Below, one piece after another: positions 19,339-29,615 of a DNA stretch of 64,000 bases. The stretch is from positions 124,001 through 188,000 of the IMG/VR virus record IMGVR_UViG_3300017917_002434. One strand, given 5' to 3'. The translations under genes were made by a program, and so were the position numbers. The notes beneath the pieces are model-generated. The model was not told where the DNA came from, did not search any database, and saw nothing but the letters and a program-made list of their open reading frames with translations. The stretch's first letter is position 1. Each line of letters begins with the position of its first letter.

Positions 19339-22300
19339 TATTGTCCCGTCCTAGTTACTACCTGGCTATTCAAAAGATTTAATTCTGTGGCTGTAATATT
19401 GTACAAAATTTCAATATTATCAACTGTGGCCGCACTGACTAAAATCTCATCTGGTTGTGCTCTAATCTCTGAAAGACTTCCATAGGCTTGATTTTCTTGT
19501 TTTGGTACTAGAGCAATATTACTAATATTAGGAGAGTTCGCTGAGACGATGTAAGTAATCAGTTCACTGGCAAAAAATCTATCGCCGAAATCCCAGTTAC
19601 CAACATCAAAAAATTCGTTGATGCTATTAATTATTCTCACTTTTAAATCGTTATCATTAAGAACTCTATTAGGATTTTTTACAACTTTAAATATCGCTTG
19701 GAATTCGCTGCTGGCTTTATCGCCGAACAATGGAAAATATTTCACAGGATGATAAACGATTTCGTCACTGATAGATTTAATTGGACTCAGAGCAGTTCCA
19801 AACTGGATACTTAGAGACTCTGATGTTGGTTCTATTGGTTTTGTCGGTAAGCCACCTGTTAACCATGTACGATAATTTTGATCATACGATCTAGTCAAAA
19901 GATATATGTCAATAATATTACTCACACTAGGATCAATTCTCCTATTCTCGCTGGCATTATGAATGTATTGAAATTTCAAATTATCCCGTCCAACATAGGC
20001 GACATAAGTAGGATCTAGAACAAAAGATCTAGTAATTAAATCTACACGCTTAACTAAGTTTTCTGAACGATCGTAAAAATATATTAATTGATTATGATCG
20101 TAATCGTTGACGTTAGCATTAACTTCCTTGTCTATGATAATAAACTTATTATTAACGTTGGGAATATAATTTAAAATGTCAAATCCGTTTTCATCCTGTA
20201 CTTGCTGGAAAAATATATATTTTCTAGTGTTATCAGTTCCTACTATTTCATCAAATGAATCTGGATTGTCTATGACTCCATCATTGTCGCTGTCGTAAAA
20301 AGTAATCTTTATAGACTCAGAGCTTTTATATCCGTCCTGAAATCTTACAGAATCTGCTATTTCAAAAGACACATTGTCTTTAAGTGTTTGCTGCCTATCT
20401 ACTATAGCTAATACATCGGCAGCACTAAACAAAGGATTAGATTGTCTGAGACTCACGATAGCAGATGCTATTTCTGTATTACTTAAAATAGAACTAGAAG
20501 GTGCTGTGTTAATACCTAAAATTTTGACTTGATCTTTAATCACAGTTCTAGCACGGCTGTCATAGACTTTTTCACCTTTATCAAAATAAAATCTATTCTG
20601 ATTAACACTAGAAAAAATGTATTCAGTTCCTCTAACACGCACTCTATATTCGTCGCCGTCGTAGACGAAGGCTATGATCCAAGATGTGTCGACGTTTTCA
20701 TTAGAACTATTACCGGCTTGTCCGAGATTAAAATCGTTTTCTAAATCTATATTAGTAGAGCTAATAACCTTCCATTCTCCGGCTAATACATCGTACCTTA
20801 ATCCAAAAGTTTCTGAACTGAACGTAAGATTTAATATTTCATTTTCGATATCTGTAGGTAAAGAAGTAATAAACTTAGATACAACTTGACTAGGTAGGGA
20901 TCCCGTTGGAATGTTTTCGCTGAAGGTAATGGGGCCTTTTCCAGAATTTAAATTACCTTTACCGGCATTAGTACCATCGCCTACTAATTTTACAACCTTA
21001 GTCCATAACACTTTTTTATGTTCTGGATTTGAAGGATCGTAATTAACAATTTCACTGTTATAGAATGCTTTATCTGCTGTAGGCGGTATAAACTTAACTA
21101 GGCTCCCTAGTTCTATGTATTTTAAATTGCTGCTAGTGTATGGCCCAATTTTAATCGGGAAGGCATCGAACACATTGCCGAAATACCCTGTAGAAGCATT
21201 TTCTTCTGTGGTAGATTTAATCCATTTTACGTTTACATCTGCTGTAAAAATCTTGTCGAAATTAGTAAGATAAAAATTATAAGTTTGAAATGAACTCAGA
21301 GCAGGTTGTACGATACTTCTAATAAAATTAAGAACATTATTTGCGTTTGTATATTTGAATGAGAAATATCTTTCTTCGTCTTTTCGATAGATTATTCCGT
21401 CGTCGGCAAAGGTATTAATCTTTGAATATTTCCCCGAAGCATCTATGATGTCAAAATTTCTGCTGATTCCGCTGCTGGTCCTGTTGATCGCTTTAACTTT
21501 AATAACTTCTTGTGAACTAGATAACGGTGCTAAATTATAATCCTCACCGGTAATCATTCTATTTTGTGTATAGTATACAGCAGGTGCTTTCGATCTTATA
21601 GATTCGGTAGATTCTGACGGTGAAGCATTATCAACAGTATATTCAAGACTTAGAGTAATAGTTAATGAATGCTGTATTCCTCTTTTATTAAGATACGGAA
21701 TTGATATACTGATGCCTTTCATTTCAGCCGGCGATATAGTATATGCCTGCCCATTGCTTACTCTATAAAATAATCTAAATTTTCCTTGTGGTATTCTTCC
21801 GTATGTTCCGTCAGCGAATTGTAGATCAATAGAATCGTTAGCTTGTGTGATAACAGAATATACATTTCTATTGTTATTTGTTAAACTATTATAAACAATG
21901 TTGTTACCTACTATAGAAGATATCTGTGTCCATATTGCTATGATATCATCTTCGGAATTAATAGAATACAGCCATATATCATCATTGTTTATATTTTGTG
22001 TAGTTATAGAGACTATTTCGTTTGGTGTCGGTTGTGTAATTACGAAATCGGAACTTTCCAAAGTTCCCTGTTTGAATAACATAAAAAATCCGGTATTGTT
22101 GCTGGCTGTTCCTTTTCCGTCTTGCCTATAAACAAATCCTACTTGTCGTCCCGGAACAGGTGCTTCTTCAAATATAAAATCTTTGTTTTCTCCTATACCT
22201 GTACTAACCAATTCATATGTGATTGACCTACCGGCAGTTATCTTGCTGTAAGAAAAAATCGGAATGCTGGGGTTAATACTGTTAACCCTATACTGCTCTG

Positions 22301-22850
22301 TTCGTATTCCATCGATAACTTTATTAGATTGTTCTTTACCAAATTCAACGTTAGGTATCATGGCCGCATTGATTACAGCTAAAAACTGTTCATACCAATT
22401 CGAGTTTGCTGGGTCGTTCCATGAAATAATCTGATTGGCTAAATTAGTACCGTTACTGTCTACTAGATCTTCTGTAGTGCTGACTGATTCAAATTTTAAT
22501 AATCCAGATGCTGCTTTATTTCGACTAGCATTATAAGACAGCATCCTAGCTAATCTTAACACACTCTCTCTGCGGTCTGCTAATTCAATAAAGTTTTCTC
22601 TGCTGTTGAGATCAATTCTAAAAGCAAGACTTTGACCTAAAAATGCTATAAGATCTATAAGGGCAACATATTCTGAACTTTCGATAAAATCGTTAAAATC
22701 TTCCGGATAATTTTCTTTGATGTAATTGATCATTACCCTACGAAGGTTTTCAAAGTCGTAGGATTTAAAATCAGCATTCTTAAATGTCTGATAGATTCTA
22801 GTCCAATCTTCGGCTAGAATTAAATTATTTTGTCTTGTAGTTGTTGTCAT
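19338..22850 (-). CDS. gp6: Baseplate wedge subunit, T4 gp6-like (enlarged, 1170 aa)
   Basis: N-terminal DFKSYDFENLRRVMINYIKENYPEDFNDFIESSEYVALIDLIAF, plus ESTESIRSKAPAVYYTQNRMITGEDY, the baseplate J/gp6 motif. Sits next to a gp25-like gene. Confidence 0.85.
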   Translation of the reverse strand: MTTTTRQNNLILAEDWTRIYQTFKNADFKSYDFENLRRVMINYIKENYPEDFNDFIESSEYVALIDLIAFLGQSLAFRIDLNSRENFIELADRRESVLRLARMLSYNASRNKAASGLLKFESVSTTEDLVDSNGTNLANQIISWNDPANSNWYEQFLAVINAAMIPNVEFGKEQSNKVIDGIRTEQYRVNSINPSIPIFSYSKITAGRSITYELVSTGIGENKDFIFEEAPVPGRQVGFVYRQDGKGTASNNTGFFMLFKQGTLESSDFVITQPTPNEIVSITTQNINNDDIWLYSINSEDDIIAIWTQISSIVGNNIVYNSLTNNNRNVYSVITQANDSIDLQFADGTYGRIPQGKFRLFYRVSNGQAYTISPAEMKGISISIPYLNKRGIQHSLTITLSLEYTVDNASPSESTESIRSKAPAVYYTQNRMITGEDYNLAPLSSSQEVIKVKAINRTSSGISRNFDIIDASGKYSKINTFADDGIIYRKDEERYFSFKYTNANNVLNFIRSIVQPALSSFQTYNFYLTNFDKIFTADVNVKWIKSTTEENASTGYFGNVFDAFPIKIGPYTSSNLKYIELGSLVKFIPPTADKAFYNSEIVNYDPSNPEHKKVLWTKVVKLVGDGTNAGKGNLNSGKGPITFSENIPTGSLPSQVVSKFITSLPTDIENEILNLTFSSETFGLRYDVLAGEWKVISSTNIDLENDFNLGQAGNSSNENVDTSWIIAFVYDGDEYRVRVRGTEYIFSSVNQNRFYFDKGEKVYDSRARTVIKDQVKILGINTAPSSSILSNTEIASAIVSLRQSNPLFSAADVLAIVDRQQTLKDNVSFEIADSVRFQDGYKSSESIKITFYDSDNDGVIDNPDSFDEIVGTDNTRKYIFFQQVQDENGFDILNYIPNVNNKFIIIDKEVNANVNDYDHNQLIYFYDRSENLVKRVDLITRSFVLDPTYVAYVGRDNLKFQYIHNASENRRIDPSVSNIIDIYLLTRSYDQNYRTWLTGGLPTKPIEPTSESLSIQFGTALSPIKSISDEIVYHPVKYFPLFGDKASSEFQAIFKVVKNPNRVLNDNDLKVRIINSINEFFDVGNWDFGDRFFASELITYIVSANSPNISNIALVPKQENQAYGSLSEIRAQPDEILVSAATVDNIEILYNITATELNLLNSQVVTRTGQ

Positions 22851-22868
22851 CTAAGCAGTCCTGTACAG

Positions 22869-22874
22869 TATTTA
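22869..22874 (-). promoter_or_regulatory. T4-like late promoter TAAATA
   Basis: AAATAAATAC on the minus strand, about 19 nt upstream of the gp6-like start. Confidence 0.6.
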
Positions 22875-22901
22875 TTTTTTTTAAAATGTACGCATATTAT
22901 A

Positions 22902-23345
22902 TTACGACGTTGGAATATTTTTTCTATCAAAATTTATTAACATTTGGTCTGCTAGATCAAACTCTAAATATTTTAAACCTACCTCTACCCGCAGTCCTTG
23001 TTCTGTAGGAATTACTGCTACGCTGTTTACAGCTATTCTAGGATCAGACCTTAATATTCTAATTACATCATCTTCTATTTTACGAATATTAGCATCATCC
23101 ATTGGTTCATAAATCATTTCCCAAATAATAGTGCCGAATAGAGGATTTTCTAATTTTTCTCCCTGTTTAATATAAAAATGATTGAGAAGATCTTGTTTTA
23201 CTAGATCCAAGTCGTAAGATTTAAACCGCTGTTTAATCGCTCTACTATTAAATCCTCTATAAGCTATACCACCAGTTATTTTATCATTACCAGTAGATGC
23301 TTTAATCGATTCTACAGTTTTTGTATTATAAATTTTATTGGCCAT
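22902..23345 (-). CDS. gp25: Baseplate wedge subunit, gp25-like
   Basis: DLDLVKQDLLNHFYIKQGEKLENPLFGTIIWEMIYEP...DPRI is a GPW/gp25 signature, and the size (147 aa) and position fit. Confidence 0.85.
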   Translation of the reverse strand: MANKIYNTKTVESIKASTGNDKITGGIAYRGFNSRAIKQRFKSYDLDLVKQDLLNHFYIKQGEKLENPLFGTIIWEMIYEPMDDANIRKIEDDVIRILRSDPRIAVNSVAVIPTEQGLRVEVGLKYLEFDLADQMLINFDRKNIPTS

Positions 23346-23347
23346 AA

Positions 23348-24979
23348 TTATTCTCCCGGAATATCCCTGTCAGTTTTTTCGAATGAAAATTTTAAAGGAT
23401 CTACATTTTCATGCTGATACCAGGGTTCATGCATAGGCATGCGTTTCATTACACTTTTTAATTGTTCAGTTGATTGATATCTCGTCCCAACATATTTCTG
23501 AGAAGCATCAACAACGTCAATGTTGTTAAGTGTAATTCTTTCTTGCTTCTGTGCCGATATTGCCTGTGTCGGAGGTTGGGCAGGTGTAGCCGGATCACAT
23601 TTTATTTCGATACGTTCGGCGTACTCGACATGTTTACTACCACTGAGAAAATGACTGTCAGTGCCGGCTGTAGAAAATATACTTGTTCCCGCTGTGAGAT
23701 GACTGTTGGCAGCAACTTTAATTTTTTGATCGGCACCTACGGTCAATTCAAAATTACCGCCTATTTTTTCTATTAATTTTCCATCTAAAATATTTTGCAT
23801 GTCTCCTTGAACATAGGTTTTAACATCGCCGTTAATAAAAGATGAAAAATCTTTTTCTATATCTTGTCTATATTCTCCTTCGGCTCTTATATTAATATTT
23901 CGACCAGCTTCAAGATTTATATCTCTATCGGCTCTAAAGTTAAAATCACCTTGTGTATGAATACTAACTGAATCAGCAGCATAGATATCTATTTTTCCGT
24001 TACTGGTCATTTCTATCCACGATGTTCCTCTGCTATTTCCTATATAGATAAGATCTTCTGAGTTATGAAGCAGTATCTGGTGGCCTGTCCTAGTTCTAAC
24101 TCTAAAATATTCGCTAATCGGAATCCTAACGTCACCTGTCTCGTTTTTTGAAACATCGGCATATTCTGGCGGACCTTCTGATGCTGGGGTTTTTCTTACA
24201 AACCTATCATCACCGTCATCCATTACCAACTGAGTTCCCCCTACTCTGCTAACTGGTAATTTTTGCCTATCGTCACTGACGCCGATGGGCATTCTTTTCG
24301 CCCCTGGGCGTTTGTCGAGAGGTCCAGGTGTCGATATACCAAATACAGACGGTGTCTGATTTCTGCGAATAGTAGACGAAGTTCTTCCTCTAATATCGTC
24401 TTCTAGCAGTCCCTGTTCTAACATAAATCCTGCTATAGGATGGACTGGTTTTTTAATCTCGTCGGCACCTTTAGACTCTGTCCTCTTACCAGCTGCGACG
24501 CGGTTATATTCTGCTACAGGAAGAGGGATATTACCATAGTCTTCTTTCTGCTGAGGCGATATATCTACCGCAGTCGACGCAGCAATAGCTGGCACCATGT
24601 GATTCATAAATTGATCTGGTACACAGCCTATCCAGTATCCTTCGCCTGTCTGTTCTTCAAATATTACCAATACTGTTACGCCCACGTCCGGCGGAATAAA
24701 ACTCATTCCGTAGGATTTCTGGGTATCATTGTAGGCGTTATCATTGCCCGTATTAGAACCGTTAAACGCAAAGTTTGTAGATCCAAAAAATGGAGGGCAG
24801 TATTTTACAGAAATAACTTTGCTGGCTAATCCCGGTTGATCCGAGTCTGTTGTTATTAGAGATACTTTTAATCCGCCCATATAGTCAATATCTTCATGAC
24901 CCACTACCTTAGCCAGTCGAGGACCGAGTACTCTATTCTCAAGATGTATGTCGTTGTTTAACCTATGAAAATTTCCCAT
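23348..24979 (-). CDS. gp5: Baseplate central spike, gp5/VgrG-like, without a recognisable lysozyme domain
   Basis: OB-fold-like N-terminus (PPDVGVTVLVIF...GYWIGCVP), RTRTGHQILLHNSEDLIYI...SWIEMTSNGKIDIYA, and 8-residue beta-helix repeats (SFINGDVK/TYVQGDMQ/NILDGKLI/EKIGGNFE). Confidence 0.8.
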   Translation of the reverse strand: MGNFHRLNNDIHLENRVLGPRLAKVVGHEDIDYMGGLKVSLITTDSDQPGLASKVISVKYCPPFFGSTNFAFNGSNTGNDNAYNDTQKSYGMSFIPPDVGVTVLVIFEEQTGEGYWIGCVPDQFMNHMVPAIAASTAVDISPQQKEDYGNIPLPVAEYNRVAAGKRTESKGADEIKKPVHPIAGFMLEQGLLEDDIRGRTSSTIRRNQTPSVFGISTPGPLDKRPGAKRMPIGVSDDRQKLPVSRVGGTQLVMDDGDDRFVRKTPASEGPPEYADVSKNETGDVRIPISEYFRVRTRTGHQILLHNSEDLIYIGNSRGTSWIEMTSNGKIDIYAADSVSIHTQGDFNFRADRDINLEAGRNINIRAEGEYRQDIEKDFSSFINGDVKTYVQGDMQNILDGKLIEKIGGNFELTVGADQKIKVAANSHLTAGTSIFSTAGTDSHFLSGSKHVEYAERIEIKCDPATPAQPPTQAISAQKQERITLNNIDVVDASQKYVGTRYQSTEQLKSVMKRMPMHEPWYQHENVDPLKFSFEKTDRDIPGE

Positions 24980-24988
24980 CTAGTTTCC

Positions 24989-27376
24989 TTAAAATCCTTT
25001 GCCGCGAACCCAATCTTCAAACTGAGCATCAGTCATTCCTTCCGGAACAGGAATCTTTTGACCATTAGAGTCTGTTTTATTAAAAGGTCCGGCAGGAGGA
25101 AGCGTCCTAGATTGAACTCCGCCCGACGTTTCTATTACCGGAGTTGGCACTGCCTCGGTGGTCCCAACGTTGACATTGGCATCAACTGTAGACGATTCTA
25201 ATCCTTCTCTCCTTGCCGAATCACTTAATCTCTGAACGTTACTAGCATTAGATCCTCCCGGCGATTGATTGCCGTTACCGCTAATATTAGGAGCTGTAAC
25301 TGGCAAAGCATAAGAAGAAGTAGTACTTACTGCAGAAACATTAGGGTCAGGTGCCGGAGCTAGGCCGATCTGTTGTAGGAACGGATCTTGTCTGCGGTTT
25401 CTTAATTCTTCTGTTTGCTGTCCTCTATCTCTAAATAGATTTAATTCTTGTGTAAAAACACCGTCATTAAATTTACTCTTAACTGTCCTTACTCGATAAA
25501 GACCGCTGTACGGGCTATCAGTAAAACCGGCTGCGGGGAACTCGTAAAATGATCGTCCCATGAGCGGTCCGTCGATGGGGCTTTTAAAACTTAGATATAT
25601 CCGAATTTCAATATCTTCGCTGGCCATGGTTCCGTCTGTGTTTATCTGAGACTCTGCCGAAGTAGGGGCAACTTTATCTATAAACACTCCAGATTTACTA
25701 AGATAATAAGGATCTCCTAATATTGTTAGATCTAAAGTAATCATCTCTGTATCTAACAACATCGACTGTTCGAAAGCTCTAGCTACGCGGATAGCTACAT
25801 CGTCGACGGTGCCTCCTCCCATAGGTTTTCTATAAGATTCGTGCGATGCTATTAATCTTCCGGCAGGTGTTAATTGCGATAGTCCTATAGTGTTAGTTCC
25901 TGGCCGATTACCGCCAATCTCTTCCGGTGTAATCGTTTTACCCGACGGATCTATCGCACCTCGTTGATTACTGTAACCTTGAGCCGACATTGCCGTATAA
26001 AAAGTGTTGTCAAATTTTAATTCCCATCTGATAATATCGTCATTCTGACCTGTATATAGGTATTGATATTTTTTCTTTATGGTAGACGGTATATCTTCTG
26101 GTTGAAAACCTTTAGAAACTTCCGAGCTTATTTTAAAATTAGAATGATGTACTAGATAAGGTTTGATATAATACGTGATATTATATGCAGGTCTATTTTG
26201 TATAGTATCTAATTCAAACTTGTTACCTTTGTATTCAAGTTTAGCTGTAATCCTATACCATTTTACATATCCTTTCTTAGTGATATTTTCAGGCTTAGTG
26301 GCATTAGTACAATATTCTGAAGATTTCAAAACTTCTTCGATAACATCAACTATTCTAATACCGCGTTCTTGTTTGGCAAAATTAAATGCTCGGGTGCCTG
26401 GAGCAGGTGTCGCTCTCTTTACCGCTGTTTCATTTTGTGTATTCTGAGTTTTTGATCCGCTAGGAGAAGGTTGTTGACCGATATTGGCAAATAAAGCATT
26501 TCTGATTTTATCAGCTTCTTTTCCTGCGAATTCAAATCTATAAGAATCGGGAATTGCGATCAGTCCATCATCCTTTTTTGCTTTCTGATCTTTGTTTAAA
26601 ACAAAATCTAGAGCAGTTATAACCTCTCCAACATTGGCTCCTTCTATGTTTATCGAACTGTAAAACGCACCGTAAATATTGTTAAAGGCTTCAAGATTAA
26701 AATCTAAACATTTTACAATATATTTGCTACCGCCTTCGTTCGCTGTAAAGGATATCTGTTGAAGCTTAATAGGATAATCCCTCGATGTTCCGGATATTTC
26801 AACTTGCCTTCCTCCTCCGTCTGTGCCAAAAAATTGTAATTTTAATAACCAAGGGCATTCTACATAATTGGTATAGTTTAATTTTAATGCTGCGGCTTGA
26901 AGACTCTGCATGAACATACCGAGGCTATAAGGTTCTATTACATCGAAATTAATAGTTAAATTCCCTGACAGTCCCGAAAGCCTAGTAGGCGTTGCGAAGG
27001 AATAGATTTCTACGTTATTAATAAAATATTCTGGCTGGTTTAATCCCGGACTGCCTACATATATAGATACTCTCTGTTTGTCAAATCGTCCGCCGGAAGA
27101 TAAAACTACGTTAGTTAATTCTTTAGGTAACGAACCGTCCGACGATAGAGCATTAAGGTCGTTTGGCGATATCGGTACCAAAGTCCAGGCATAGGTAACA
27201 TTACTATAACCTTTGAGAGGATTTTCTTCTATACTAGCAAATTGTTGAGCCGGAATCTGTTGATTAGAACTTTCTAATTGTTTCCTTAGATCAATAACAG
27301 CCCTATCGGGAGTTATACCTCCTGGCTTAGCTGATCCATCTGATTGTGATGCCGATGATGCTGTAGAGTCGGCCAT
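24989..27376 (-). CDS. Baseplate hub protein (gp27 / Mu gp44-like position), with a low-complexity C-terminal tail
   Basis: Located between the LysM/gp53-like and gp5-like genes. LDLTILGDPYY and YSGLYRVRTVKSKFNDGVFTQELNLFR motifs are typical of contractile-tail hub proteins. Confidence 0.6.
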   Translation of the reverse strand: MADSTASSASQSDGSAKPGGITPDRAVIDLRKQLESSNQQIPAQQFASIEENPLKGYSNVTYAWTLVPISPNDLNALSSDGSLPKELTNVVLSSGGRFDKQRVSIYVGSPGLNQPEYFINNVEIYSFATPTRLSGLSGNLTINFDVIEPYSLGMFMQSLQAAALKLNYTNYVECPWLLKLQFFGTDGGGRQVEISGTSRDYPIKLQQISFTANEGGSKYIVKCLDFNLEAFNNIYGAFYSSINIEGANVGEVITALDFVLNKDQKAKKDDGLIAIPDSYRFEFAGKEADKIRNALFANIGQQPSPSGSKTQNTQNETAVKRATPAPGTRAFNFAKQERGIRIVDVIEEVLKSSEYCTNATKPENITKKGYVKWYRITAKLEYKGNKFELDTIQNRPAYNITYYIKPYLVHHSNFKISSEVSKGFQPEDIPSTIKKKYQYLYTGQNDDIIRWELKFDNTFYTAMSAQGYSNQRGAIDPSGKTITPEEIGGNRPGTNTIGLSQLTPAGRLIASHESYRKPMGGGTVDDVAIRVARAFEQSMLLDTEMITLDLTILGDPYYLSKSGVFIDKVAPTSAESQINTDGTMASEDIEIRIYLSFKSPIDGPLMGRSFYEFPAAGFTDSPYSGLYRVRTVKSKFNDGVFTQELNLFRDRGQQTEELRNRRQDPFLQQIGLAPAPDPNVSAVSTTSSYALPVTAPNISGNGNQSPGGSNASNVQRLSDSARREGLESSTVDANVNVGTTEAVPTPVIETSGGVQSRTLPPAGPFNKTDSNGQKIPVPEGMTDAQFEDWVRGKGF

Positions 27377-27377
27377 G

Positions 27378-27677
27378 TTATACTCCCAGATATGCCATCA
27401 ACTGATTTTTTAAAGGTACTTGAATTGATAACCCTGGTTCAAAATCATATACCGGGTCTTTGATTAGTGACATATTACGTTGTATGAAAACCCACCACAG
27501 TTTAGGAGTTCCATAAAGGTCGTAGGCTAGTAAGTCGGGTCTGTGTTTATATCTGCTTTCGATAATATAGGTATAATCTGTAGCCGTAGCAGGAACTGGT
27601 CTGATTCTTAAAATATCTAAGTACAGTGAATTTTGTGGTGTTCGAAACCAAGGTGATGTTTTTACATATTCGGCCAT
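27378..27677 (-). CDS. gp53: Baseplate wedge LysM-like protein, gp53-like
   Basis: YKHRPDLLAYDLYGTPKLWWVFIQRN...DPVYDFEPGLSIQVP is the gp53 / tail X LysM-like signature. Confidence 0.8.
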   Translation of the reverse strand: MAEYVKTSPWFRTPQNSLYLDILRIRPVPATATDYTYIIESRYKHRPDLLAYDLYGTPKLWWVFIQRNMSLIKDPVYDFEPGLSIQVPLKNQLMAYLGV

Positions 27678-27679
27678 TA

Positions 27680-28690
27680 TCAGAATCCTTTAAGTTCACC
27701 TCTAGCATATTTGACTAGATCAAATTGCTGTCTAGCCTGTTGTCTGTTGTATATCGGGCTGACTATCACTGTCATTGTACACTGTACTGGCACACTCTGG
27801 CTCGTACCTATGCCCTCTGCTGTAAGAGAAGGTATTGTCAAATATTGAACATTATCTTTTAGATCTAGTTGATAAGATTTAATTACCACAGGTAAATTAG
27901 GTAATATTTCTGTACCGTAACCACTCAACTGGCATACTATAGGGGGAAATCCCGCCGGAACAGATTGTCCGTAAAACATCTTCGTAGCTGTACGAAAAAA
28001 GTGCATAGCTGCTAACCAGTAATGCCCTTCAAGTTCATTCTGTACCGTAAACTCTCCTTGTATAGTTATATCTTCGATCTGACTAGATTTGTAGGCTTGG
28101 AAAGGAAAATTAGAATGTACTATTCCTTCTGTAGCGGTATAATTAGCCTTATGCGTGATACTTATCGTAGGAGTATAAGGAAATACCACTCCCTGGGTTT
28201 TTTTTAGCAGATCAAAATATTTGTTGTCACCGAATATAGAAAAATCTGCGTTAATCTTTACTCTACGATCACCAGTAACTGACAGTCGACCGCCGGCACC
28301 TATTGGATCACCGGAATCGTTTGTACTAAACATATTTAGATCTGGCATTTGGGCGTTGCCTAACACATTTCTTTTAAGAAGACTGGCGTCAAAAGTCAGA
28401 CTTTTTAGATTCTGATAGATAGATTTTCCAGCTTCATATAAAGCAGTTGCAGTGCCTAATATACCTAACGCTTTGTCCAAGCCACTGAAATTCGGAATCT
28501 TTCTTCCTCGCGGACGATTATTATAACTACTACTACCCCCCGGGGCAGCATAGGCACTTACTGACAAATCAGCTGCGTTAGCAGGAGTATCGGACGGTCC
28601 TCTATTAGGTCCAGAGGCTTTTTCCGGAACAGATTTAACAACAACCGCCACTCCGCCGATGGTAGTTTCAGTGTTTAATGGTAATGGCAT
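27680..28690 (-). CDS. Baseplate-tail tube initiator / cap, gp48/gp54-like
   Basis: GVVFPYTPTISITHKANY...HSNFPFQAYKSSQIEDITIQGEF...PPIVCQLSGYG, a tube-fold protein at the head of the baseplate operon. Confidence 0.65.
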   Translation of the reverse strand: MPLPLNTETTIGGVAVVVKSVPEKASGPNRGPSDTPANAADLSVSAYAAPGGSSSYNNRPRGRKIPNFSGLDKALGILGTATALYEAGKSIYQNLKSLTFDASLLKRNVLGNAQMPDLNMFSTNDSGDPIGAGGRLSVTGDRRVKINADFSIFGDNKYFDLLKKTQGVVFPYTPTISITHKANYTATEGIVHSNFPFQAYKSSQIEDITIQGEFTVQNELEGHYWLAAMHFFRTATKMFYGQSVPAGFPPIVCQLSGYGTEILPNLPVVIKSYQLDLKDNVQYLTIPSLTAEGIGTSQSVPVQCTMTVIVSPIYNRQQARQQFDLVKYARGELKGF

Positions 28691-28709
28691 AAATTGGTAT
28701 CCTTTAGAC

Positions 28710-28715
28710 TATTTA
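28710..28715 (-). promoter_or_regulatory. T4-like late promoter TAAATA for the baseplate operon
   Basis: AAATAAATAG on the minus strand, 20 nt upstream of the ATG at 28690. Confidence 0.6.
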
Positions 28716-28729
28716 TTTTCTTAAAAATG

Positions 28730-28738
28730 TGCTATTAT
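28730..28738 (+). promoter_or_regulatory. Possible extended -10 (host sigma70-type) promoter for gp55
   Basis: TGcTATTAT lies 22 nt upstream of the gp55-like ATG. No good -35 box. Confidence 0.35.
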
Positions 28739-28760
28739 TATATTTCAGAGGAATCAATAA

Positions 28761-29615
28761 ATGACATTAACGCAACCACCAAAAATCAAATACCTTACTA
28801 ATAAGGACTTGTTAGCAGAAATACACAGAAGTAAAAATACATTTTGTTCTTATACTAAACCAGAATATTCGGATTACGATTTAATATTACCTAATCTCGC
28901 CAAGTTAAATGTAAGAACTATAGCAGAAGCCAAAAGAAATAGGGCTGCTAAAGAAAGCAAAAAAGCACACGAAATAGCACAGCAGACAAATAAAAAAGCA
29001 TCTGCTAAAGATTCAGAAATTGACTACAAAAAGATCAACAAACAAGATCTAGTTTTTAGAATCATGACCTTTGATCATGTTCCCTTAGCACCGGGCCGTA
29101 AGAAGACTGTTAAATCTCGTGCCGATAGTCATGAAAAAGTAAACTTTCCTCCGTTCCAACATTGGAAGTTTGACGCCAACGATAACTTGATTTGCGTAGG
29201 TAAAAGTCACTGGAAAGGGGACCTAGAGACCGGCGAGTTCTCTAAGGATCATGGTCAGATGACCAACGACCTAGCACGTATGTTTATCAAGCTCTGTGAG
29301 CGATATGCTACTAGAGGCAACGTCAGAGGCTATACCTACAATGATGAGATGAAAGGACAGGCCATTCTTCAACTAACTCAAATAGGGCTACAATTCGATG
29401 AGAGTAAATCTAATAATCCTTTTGCTTACTATACTGCTGCTGTTACTAATTCATTCGTTAGAATTATCAACATTGAAAAGCGTAATCAAAACATTAGGGA
29501 TGACATACTAGAAATGAATGGTATGAATCCGAGCTGGACAAGGCAGAACAGCGGAGGGAGCGGTGCTATCACTACACCGGGCCCTGTTACAGACGGTGGT
29601 AGCGATTGGGATTGA
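28761..29615 (+). CDS. gp55: Late-transcription sigma factor, gp55-like
   Basis: N-terminal YLTNKDLLAEI and C-terminal LARMFIKLCERYATRGNVRGYTYNDEMKGQAILQLTQIGLQFDESKSNNPFAYYT. Lies directly upstream of gp47/gp46. Confidence 0.8.
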   Translation: MTLTQPPKIKYLTNKDLLAEIHRSKNTFCSYTKPEYSDYDLILPNLAKLNVRTIAEAKRNRAAKESKKAHEIAQQTNKKASAKDSEIDYKKINKQDLVFRIMTFDHVPLAPGRKKTVKSRADSHEKVNFPPFQHWKFDANDNLICVGKSHWKGDLETGEFSKDHGQMTNDLARMFIKLCERYATRGNVRGYTYNDEMKGQAILQLTQIGLQFDESKSNNPFAYYTAAVTNSFVRIINIEKRNQNIRDDILEMNGMNPSWTRQNSGGSGAITTPGPVTDGGSDWD

